51,535 nucleotides of DNA, from contig JADGIG010000013.1 of the NCBI GenBank assembly GCA_018985235.1, forward strand, positions 1-51,535, in the 5' to 3' direction. Positions 45,083 through 51,535 of the stretch are shown one piece after another. The number at the start of each line of letters is the position of its first letter. Position 1 is the stretch's first letter. The notes below the pieces were generated by a model, which did not search any database, was not told where the DNA came from, and saw only the letters and a list, made by a program, of their open reading frames with translations. This stretch comes from Sanchytrium tribonematis (Eukaryota). The position numbers and the translations under genes were made by a program.

Positions 45083-45227
45083 TGTTTCAAATAAATTTTC
45101 TACTTTAATAAATTTATCGCAAATCAAATAATTCAGAAAAAAATGTATACAATAGCTCGTAAAACATGTTCTTCTTTGACAGTATCAATACAATTACATA
45201 TGTAGTAAGAAGGTCTAAAACTTGGAG

Positions 45228-45461
45228 ATGTCAAACTTGGTTGAGAGAGAAATTTGGAATAGACTAGTAGTAAATGCCAATGCTACATTTAACAGAGAAT
45301 TTCCAATAACAGAAGAGTTAGTAATGGAGATTATTGGTTCAGAATCTAATCCTGAAATAGCAAAAAAATTGGTCTTGGACAATCTTGAGAAGAAAATCAA
45401 CGACAAAATCGAGGAGCTTTATTTCAAATCTTTGGACATTTTAAATTCAAATATACCTTAA
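45228..45461 (+). CDS. Hypothetical small helical protein (77 aa)
   Basis: ORF with GGAG just before ATG and TAATAAA at the stop, like neighbouring genes. Confidence 0.6.
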   Translation: MSNLVEREIWNRLVVNANATFNREFPITEELVMEIIGSESNPEIAKKLVLDNLEKKINDKIEELYFKSLDILNSNIP

Positions 45462-45526
45462 TAAAAGTATGGCTAATAATAAGCACACGATTTTTTGCTA
45501 ACTCGGGGACGTAATTATTTAATCAA

Positions 45527-45889
45527 ATGAGTTCCAATACAAAGACAAATTTACAGTCAGTGATGTATATTATTTTGCGCAATGACTTAAAATGGAAGAC
45601 AGGCCCGCTAATTACCCAGGCTTGCCACGCAGTGTCACTTTTAATCCATAAATATGGACAGAATGATTGCTTCAAGAACTATTTGAACACAGAATATGAC
45701 ATGCGTAAAGTGACATTAGGTGCCAGTATTGAGGAATTCGATAAAATATCTCAGGTTTTGAAGGAAAAAGAGATTGATTTTGTGGAATGGCAAGAAAGAC
45801 CTGAAAATATCAAAACTGCTATTGCTATAGTTCCTTTGGAGGAACCAAGTCGACCACCCATTTTGCGCTCATTGAAACTATATAAATAA
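45527..45889 (+). CDS. PTRHD1: Peptidyl-tRNA hydrolase PTRHD1 (PTH2 family)
   Basis: MYIILRNDL.W..GPLITQACHA, MRKVTL, WQERPENIKTAIA. Confidence 0.88.
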   Translation: MSSNTKTNLQSVMYIILRNDLKWKTGPLITQACHAVSLLIHKYGQNDCFKNYLNTEYDMRKVTLGASIEEFDKISQVLKEKEIDFVEWQERPENIKTAIAIVPLEEPSRPPILRSLKLYK

Positions 45890-45919
45890 TTTAGTAATGT
45901 TTACTTAATTCTTGTTCAG

Positions 45920-46843
45920 ATGAGGGTCAGACAGGAAGGGATGACTTCAATTACAATCCAAAAAGCAAAAACCAGAAAAGGAAAGAAAGCTCTACAGGAT
46001 AGAGAGTCGAAGCTCATTGAGAACACAAAACAGGTTGTATTTATGAAATCTTCTAGAACGTCTCAAATTATTGTTGACTGTATGTCGGAACTTTATAAAA
46101 TGAAACTTCCAAATGCCATTAAATTCGTAAAAAGAAATGATATCTATCCTTTCGAGGATGGAGCATCTGTTGAATTTATATCGCAAAAGAGCGATGCCAG
46201 TTTGGTGGTTTTAGCGTCGCATTCGAAAAAGAGACCAAATCAATTATGCTTTGTGCGACTTTATAATTACCAGATACTAGATATGTATGAACTGGGTGTC
46301 ATAAATTACGTCAAAAGTACTGAAGTGGTTGAAAACACCAATTCTATGCCAGATCTAGGAACGCGTCCGTTTTTGGCATTTAATGGAAATTGGGAAGATA
46401 ATCTTGAAGTCAAAAGCTTGAAAAATTATTTCGTCGATTTCTTCAGAGGCGACTCGTCTGTTGATAAAGTAGCTTTGGATGGAAGCAAGTGGGTCATAAG
46501 TTTTACACTTGATTCAGCCAGTGAAAGAGATTCGAAATCCAAAGACAATTCCATAACTGGAGGAAAAATATTAATGCGGTGTTATGGTGTTGTACTAAAA
46601 AAGACTGACTTAGCGCTTCCTAGAGTCGAACTTCAAGAGATTGGACCAAGAATTGACTATGAATTAAGAAGAATTCAATATCCTCAGAATGAAACTTGGA
46701 AACAGTCTATAAAGGTGCCAAAGGAGGCTAAGAAAATTAAGAACGTATCGAAGAATGAGATGGGAGATCTCGTTGCTCGTGTTTATGTGGATCAGCAAGA
46801 TTTGTCTGAATTACAGCCAAAGAAATTAAAAGGTTTAAAATAA
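45920..46843 (+). CDS. RPF2: Ribosome production factor 2 (Brix domain)
   Basis: PFED, HSKKRPN, ILDMYELG, PRVELQEIGPR; real start may be 45941. Confidence 0.93.
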   Translation: MRVRQEGMTSITIQKAKTRKGKKALQDRESKLIENTKQVVFMKSSRTSQIIVDCMSELYKMKLPNAIKFVKRNDIYPFEDGASVEFISQKSDASLVVLASHSKKRPNQLCFVRLYNYQILDMYELGVINYVKSTEVVENTNSMPDLGTRPFLAFNGNWEDNLEVKSLKNYFVDFFRGDSSVDKVALDGSKWVISFTLDSASERDSKSKDNSITGGKILMRCYGVVLKKTDLALPRVELQEIGPRIDYELRRIQYPQNETWKQSIKVPKEAKKIKNVSKNEMGDLVARVYVDQQDLSELQPKKLKGLK

Positions 46844-46845
46844 AA

Positions 46846-48093
46846 TTAATTATTTAATTTTTTAATAATTGCAGAAGACATTTCAAATCCAATTTTCAAT
46901 TTCTCTCCAAAAAATTGCTTGATTTCCAAGAACTGTTGGTCATAAGCCTCAAAAGACTTTGTTTGTATTAGCTGGACCCAGGACTGAGCACTTGAACAAA
47001 ATTCAAGATCGTCTGACCGTATAGTTTTATCGTACAATGCAGTTCTTATGCAAGATTCTAACAATGATTCATTGCAAAAAATGTATTCAACAATTCCCAG
47101 CCAAAGAACAAAAGGCGGCGTTTGGCAGATTAAATGATCGTACGGGCTTACTTTGAGGTTGTACCAACTATCAACAATAGATAAAAGGGAGAGATGAGAA
47201 TTAGGCTTTAAATCTTTTTGGATCCCTGAATCAGATTGCAGTAATTCTTCGCTCAAAAGTATGTGATTTTTCTCTCTGTTTTTAAACACAAATTCTCTAG
47301 CCTGATAAACTCTAGATCTCAGTTCTACCTCATTTTCTTCAATCATCAGCCGAAATAAACTTTTGACGCTTTCAGAATATTGTGCACACTGCTCGTGCGC
47401 TTTGGAATTTAAAATGGCCAATCCTGAATACACATGGGATGCGCTACTAAATATTCGACACATGAACGCAATTTTTACATTTTCAATCCCACCAACATAC
47501 AAATTTGTCTCCCAAGGATACACTTTCCGGCTCTTCCATGCAAGCCCCATGGACATAAAAGCCACATGTGTGACTGCTTGTGTATCAGCTGTAATATTGT
47601 CGTGTTCTATTCCAGTATTTAACTCCACAATTTTTGACGAGAGCGACTCTAATAGTAAAAGAATTAATTTTCTACTTTTTGCAGAACATCGATAAGGTAT
47701 AAAAACAAGTGGCATCCCTTTTGGATCCACAGATGGGCCATGCATAGAATGAAAAGTAATAATGTCGACATCTGATGGAACATATTTTTCAAAATACTCA
47801 ATTTCCACTTGCTTCACACTTGTTGTACCACCAACAATTGCATTCATTTTAATTGAAGGGCCAACATTTTCGACTAATTTTTCAAGTGATTTTGTATCTA
47901 CGCTGAATAAAAGATAGTCTGCTTCTCTTGCGACAGCTATTGCAGAATCAAAAACCTCCAAATTCGAAAAAGAGCTTTTAATTTCCATCAAATTTTTGGG
48001 AAGATCAGTTGCAATAAATCTCACATTTTTAAAATACTTGTAATACAATTTTGCCATAGCTCCAAACCCTATAAATCCAACTGTGAATACCAT
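46846..48093 (-). CDS. TYR1: Prephenate dehydrogenase (fungal Tyr1 type)
   Basis: GFIGFGAMA, HSMHGP, HDNITADTQAVTH, PNSHLSLL, HLICQTPPF. Confidence 0.93.
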   Translation of the reverse strand: MVFTVGFIGFGAMAKLYYKYFKNVRFIATDLPKNLMEIKSSFSNLEVFDSAIAVAREADYLLFSVDTKSLEKLVENVGPSIKMNAIVGGTTSVKQVEIEYFEKYVPSDVDIITFHSMHGPSVDPKGMPLVFIPYRCSAKSRKLILLLLESLSSKIVELNTGIEHDNITADTQAVTHVAFMSMGLAWKSRKVYPWETNLYVGGIENVKIAFMCRIFSSASHVYSGLAILNSKAHEQCAQYSESVKSLFRLMIEENEVELRSRVYQAREFVFKNREKNHILLSEELLQSDSGIQKDLKPNSHLSLLSIVDSWYNLKVSPYDHLICQTPPFVLWLGIVEYIFCNESLLESCIRTALYDKTIRSDDLEFCSSAQSWVQLIQTKSFEAYDQQFLEIKQFFGEKLKIGFEMSSAIIKKLNN

Positions 48094-48115
48094 TGATTTT
48101 AAGGAGAATTTTACG

Positions 48116-49069
48116 CTAATAAATTTGAAATTTATTCAAAATGCCTGGGAAATTTCGCTCGATTAACTGCAAGAAAACTCTGCGCTTTGATCCATACAGA
48201 CAAATTGACAAATGTCTAAATATAACTTTTCTGTCATGGTATATTTTCTTGCCGCAATTGTCACAATAAAATCTTACTTGGTCCAAATAGAATATACCAT
48301 ACTTCAAACACACACGCACCCATTCCTCATTCGCAGCTTTATAAACTGGTTTGTCTAAAGATATTCTAGCTAAATCACTAATGCATTCGGGATCTCGATT
48401 TACAACTCTATACATGCGAGGGATAGGCTTGGCCCCGATCAAATTATCTTGGAATGTGTAAAGGCTCGTATCAATAATGGATCTTGATTTGTTGGGTGAG
48501 AAATATTTTAAATATTGAGACCCGCTTTGTCCATTGGACTCAAGCAACTCAATTAGTTCCTCAGAGTACCTTGACATAGCAGGACAAGTTAATAAGTGCC
48601 GAATGACCGGACTTTTGGTGCAGCCTCGACTTGTTTTGTTACACATTCCACATTCAAATTCGTTTGACAAATTAAAAATTCCGAATTTCATTACAATAGA
48701 TTTCCAAGAGAATGCTTTGGTGTCCCTGAGATCATTATAAGCGTGGATAACTTCTTGACTACCAAAGTTCTCTAAAATACAATTCACTTGTTCCACCCTT
48801 GCAAGTTTGCCAAGACACCTTTTGAAATGTAATATTATGCTATTTTTAGTATAAATTTCCCTTTTTTTACATAGTGTGCAGTCAAAAAAACAACCTATCT
48901 GAACCACCACATCACAAATCGCATTCTCCCATCCAAGATGATGCCCACAATTTTCACATAATATCTGATTCGTGCCATCAAATGTGGTCATTAACCCACA
49001 ACAACCACAAGCAATTTTACCAGTTACATATATTGCAGAATCAGATCTATCCGATTTTTCAAGTCCCAT
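48116..49069 (-). CDS. Protein with three C2HC (BED-like) zinc-finger repeats and an N-terminal C4 ribbon
   Basis: Three W..G.F..F.CxxC-x11-13-H-x3-C units; N-terminal CGCCG..CENCG. Confidence 0.6.
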   Translation of the reverse strand: MGLEKSDRSDSAIYVTGKIACGCCGLMTTFDGTNQILCENCGHHLGWENAICDVVVQIGCFFDCTLCKKREIYTKNSIILHFKRCLGKLARVEQVNCILENFGSQEVIHAYNDLRDTKAFSWKSIVMKFGIFNLSNEFECGMCNKTSRGCTKSPVIRHLLTCPAMSRYSEELIELLESNGQSGSQYLKYFSPNKSRSIIDTSLYTFQDNLIGAKPIPRMYRVVNRDPECISDLARISLDKPVYKAANEEWVRVCLKYGIFYLDQVRFYCDNCGKKIYHDRKVIFRHLSICLYGSKRRVFLQLIERNFPGILNKFQIY

Positions 49070-49229
49070 CAATTGTATGTTTCAAATATACAATAATATA
49101 ATATTAAATATCAAAAACTTACACTTTGAGTAGCTTTTATCAGATGCCTCAAAAACACGCCTTGATTCACAGCCTTAGAGCATAAAACTAGGTCTTAAAA
49201 GTAATATTTATCATCAATCAAAAATTATT

Positions 49230-49529
49230 TTATTTATTTTGAGATAATTTAGCCAATTCTCTTCCCCTCTGCACTATATCTTGTATCGTCAAACAAGATA
49301 TGCTATCGAGATCAGATTTATCCAAATCAGGAAAAAAATTTAAAAGGCTGGTTTTACGAATATGTTCAAATTTTTTCATGCTCCCCTTATTATATAACTC
49401 CAACATCTCTTTTTTAGCTAATTCTTTTAATTTCATCTCAATATCTCCTAGATTATATACTTTGTGCTCTTCATTAAATTTCTTGATTCTTTTCAAATCC
49501 TCCAAGGAAATAAATTCTTTTAAATCCAT
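49230..49529 (-). CDS. Hypothetical protein (99 aa, MDLKEFISLEDLKR...)
   Basis: Part of ORF 49230-49688 not overlapping HIS2; AATAAA fused to the stop. Confidence 0.55.
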   Translation of the reverse strand: MDLKEFISLEDLKRIKKFNEEHKVYNLGDIEMKLKELAKKEMLELYNKGSMKKFEHIRKTSLLNFFPDLDKSDLDSISCLTIQDIVQRGRELAKLSQNK

Positions 49530-49540
49530 TTTGAAACCAA

Positions 49541-50431
49541 ATGGATAATTTAAAAACGTCTTTATTTTCATTTCATGGATGTCATTCAGGAAGCTTTTGC
49601 ATGCATGCAAAAGACACGCTAGAAGAAATTGTAGCGGAGGCATACAGGAAAGGCGGTACGCATCTCGGCTTAACAGAACATTGTCCAAGATTAAGAGACA
49701 AGGATTTGTATCCCGAGGAAATTGGAAAGTTGTATCTGCTAGACCAAAATTTTGCCAATTATCACAATAGTGCAGTTCGGCTCAGAGAATTGTACAAAGA
49801 TAGAATGGAAATCTTGATAGGATTTGAATGTGAGTATATTAGTGATTGCGATGGATACTTGGATTTTGTATTAAATTTGAAAAAGAAATATAACTTTGAC
49901 TATTTTGTTGGTTCTATCCATCATGTCAAAGGAATCCCTATAGATATTAATATAGAAAATTATCAAAAAGCAATTGAAGAATGCGGCTCGGAAGAACAAG
50001 TTAATCTAGCATATTACGACGAACAATTAGAAATGTTGCAAAAACTCAAGCCTGTGACTGTAGGACATTTTGACGTGATACGTCTATTCAAGTCAGACAA
50101 AAATGAATTTCGACCAGCTGTTTGGGAGAAAATTTTAAGAAATATTGAATTTATTGCACATTATGGTGGAATCGTTGAAATTAACACAAAAGCCTATAAA
50201 AAAGGGTTGGAATACCCATACCCACATCCAAAAATTGTAGCGGAAATGTTAAAGCTAAATATTAAATTTACTCTAGCTGATGATTCTCATTCTGTGTCAG
50301 AAGTTTTCCAATTTTATGACAGAGTATTTAAATTTTGCGTTGAAAATTCTATCCTACACTTGTATTATTTAGACGCCAAACTTGTAGTAAAATCTTGTAC
50401 CGTAAATGATTTGATGAAAATAAAGCTTTGA
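49541..50431 (+). CDS. HIS2: Histidinol-phosphatase, PHP family (His2/HisJ)
   Basis: HSGSFCMHA, LTEHCPR, GFECE, VGSIHH, GHFDVIR, EINT, DDSH. Confidence 0.88.
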   Translation: MDNLKTSLFSFHGCHSGSFCMHAKDTLEEIVAEAYRKGGTHLGLTEHCPRLRDKDLYPEEIGKLYLLDQNFANYHNSAVRLRELYKDRMEILIGFECEYISDCDGYLDFVLNLKKKYNFDYFVGSIHHVKGIPIDINIENYQKAIEECGSEEQVNLAYYDEQLEMLQKLKPVTVGHFDVIRLFKSDKNEFRPAVWEKILRNIEFIAHYGGIVEINTKAYKKGLEYPYPHPKIVAEMLKLNIKFTLADDSHSVSEVFQFYDRVFKFCVENSILHLYYLDAKLVVKSCTVNDLMKIKL

Positions 50432-50472
50432 ACAATATTTCGTTTTAAAGGCTTTTTTTATTTTTTTAAGCA

Positions 50473-51535
50473 ATGGAGAAAAATTTACTACTTCGTCAAT
50501 CGCATCTATTTTGCCTAAGTGAGAATAAAGACACAGCTGTCGATTTATTGTTTAAGAATGCTGAAGGCGAAGATGTTGGTAAGTTCAGAGATAAACTAAA
50601 AATGTGTCTTAATCAATGCTTAAATTGTACAAATTTGTTTTATGATGTCATTGATCAAGTCAGTCAAACTCCAGGCACCGCTACACTACTTGAGGCACTA
50701 TACCAGATCGAAAGAACCAGAAATCTGGCTATCATTAGAAAATGCGAAAAACTCCAGCTTGCAACTTGCTTTTTGTCGATTTTGAGAAATCCATATTGGA
50801 TGTCGGAAAAGTTTATCGAGCTTTTCGTAGATTGCGATCCACTTTCAAAAGAGTACATGTCTATTCCGATCGATGAGAGATGTATCAAAGGTGTTGCTGT
50901 TCTTTCATTAATGGAAAATGAGTATTGCCATAAAGTAGCTTATCATTTTGGTCCCCAGATCCCAAGAATCAATCGAGTCGATTTGCACTCTTATGCTTTT
51001 GCTGAAACCTCATATATTTGTCTGAAACTGGCTAATAGAGATGCTCCTACGCTTCAGACCAAACTAAAGCTCTTATCTACTAAAGAATCCTTAATTTCTT
51101 CGCTAAAATATATATCGAGATTTCTTGACAAAAGCAGTCTCTTGTACCTGATGGAAGAGTACGACGTTAAAAATGTTTTAAATGCGTTGACTCCTTCCAG
51201 AGAAGTGGTAAAGATTTTAGAATATTTTGCTCAAGAAAATTTAATTGAGCTTGATTCAAACTCCATCTTGAACTCAATTTTGAATGCAGCAGTTTCACCA
51301 AAGGACCAACAATCCAATTTCGATGACTTTATATCAGAAATTGACTATAATAGAAACGCGGATTTCCAAGTAGAAAAAATTAATAGATTTTTGAAAAATG
51401 AAAGCATTGAAAAAGGTTTTAAGAAAAAATTGTCAAGCATCGTGTACAAAAAAGTGCTGTATTCTTTGACTACAGACTCAGCTCATTCTGATTTTTATCT
51501 CAAAGTGATAACTGTGCTTGAATTTGCACCATCTT
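50473..51535 (+). CDS. 5' part of a large gene, probably Sen1/senataxin helicase N-terminal domain (runs off window end; not in ORF track)
   Basis: Hand translation MEKNLLLRQSHLFC..CLNQCLNC..LSILRNP..KGVAVL resembles the Sen1 N-terminal pattern; helicase core not in window. Confidence 0.5.
   Translation, partial: MEKNLLLRQSHLFCLSENKDTAVDLLFKNAEGEDVGKFRDKLKMCLNQCLNCTNLFYDVIDQVSQTPGTATLLEALYQIERTRNLAIIRKCEKLQLATCFLSILRNPYWMSEKFIELFVDCDPLSKEYMSIPIDERCIKGVAVLSLMENEYCHKVAYHFGPQIPRINRVDLHSYAFAETSYICLKLANRDAPTLQTKLKLLSTKESLISSLKYISRFLDKSSLLYLMEEYDVKNVLNALTPSREVVKILEYFAQENLIELDSNSILNSILNAAVSPKDQQSNFDDFISEIDYNRNADFQVEKINRFLKNESIEKGFKKKLSSIVYKKVLYSLTTDSAHSDFYLKVITVLEFAPS

Noticed and set aside
45899..45919. 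21-nt GT..AG just before the RPF2 ATG
   Set aside because: No A at -6 and not needed for coding
49530..49688. N-terminal extension of the 152-aa minus ORF
   Set aside because: Overlaps the conserved HIS2 N-terminus; the ATG at 49529 is more parsimonious
1690..50888. Numerous 60-130 aa antisense or out-of-frame ORFs in the track (e.g. 1690-1872, 12486-12869, 19684-20025, 47363-47695, 50664-50888)
   Set aside because: Shadows of well-supported genes on the other strand or frame; no recognisable motifs
1..51535. Alternative genetic code (e.g. TAA/TAG read as Gln)
   Set aside because: TAA, TAG and TGA all end conserved proteins at expected C-termini; no in-frame stops remain after splicing. 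Sense-codon reassignment was not testable by eye

Overview
AT-rich, extremely compact eukaryotic nuclear DNA with about 43 protein-coding genes in 51.5 kb. The code is standard (TAA, TAG and TGA all used as stops) and intergenic gaps are often only 2-40 bp. Gene content (Chs4/Skt5-like CaaX protein, Ubp2, Tyr1, His2, Ams1, Erv2, Pet100, plus an RPGRIP1L-like ciliary transition-zone protein) points to a reduced, early-diverging zoosporic fungus; sanchytrids or similar are a guess. The main result: all 12 split genes are repaired by a single GT-AG intron of only 19 nt (10 cases) or 20 nt (2 cases). All 12 have T at -8, A at -6 and a pyrimidine at -5 from the 3' end, i.e. a miniature fixed-geometry spliceosomal intron system. 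Other notable items: a possible degenerate rhodopsin-guanylyl-cyclase-like pseudo-enzyme overlapping the next gene by TAATG; an orientation-independent GGAG motif next to start codons; head-to-head genes 11-37 bp apart; AATAAA fused to stop codons; 9-residue signal peptides; several miniaturised proteins. No rRNA, tRNA, CRISPR or transposon was recognised. Family assignments are by eye from remembered motifs, not from database searches.
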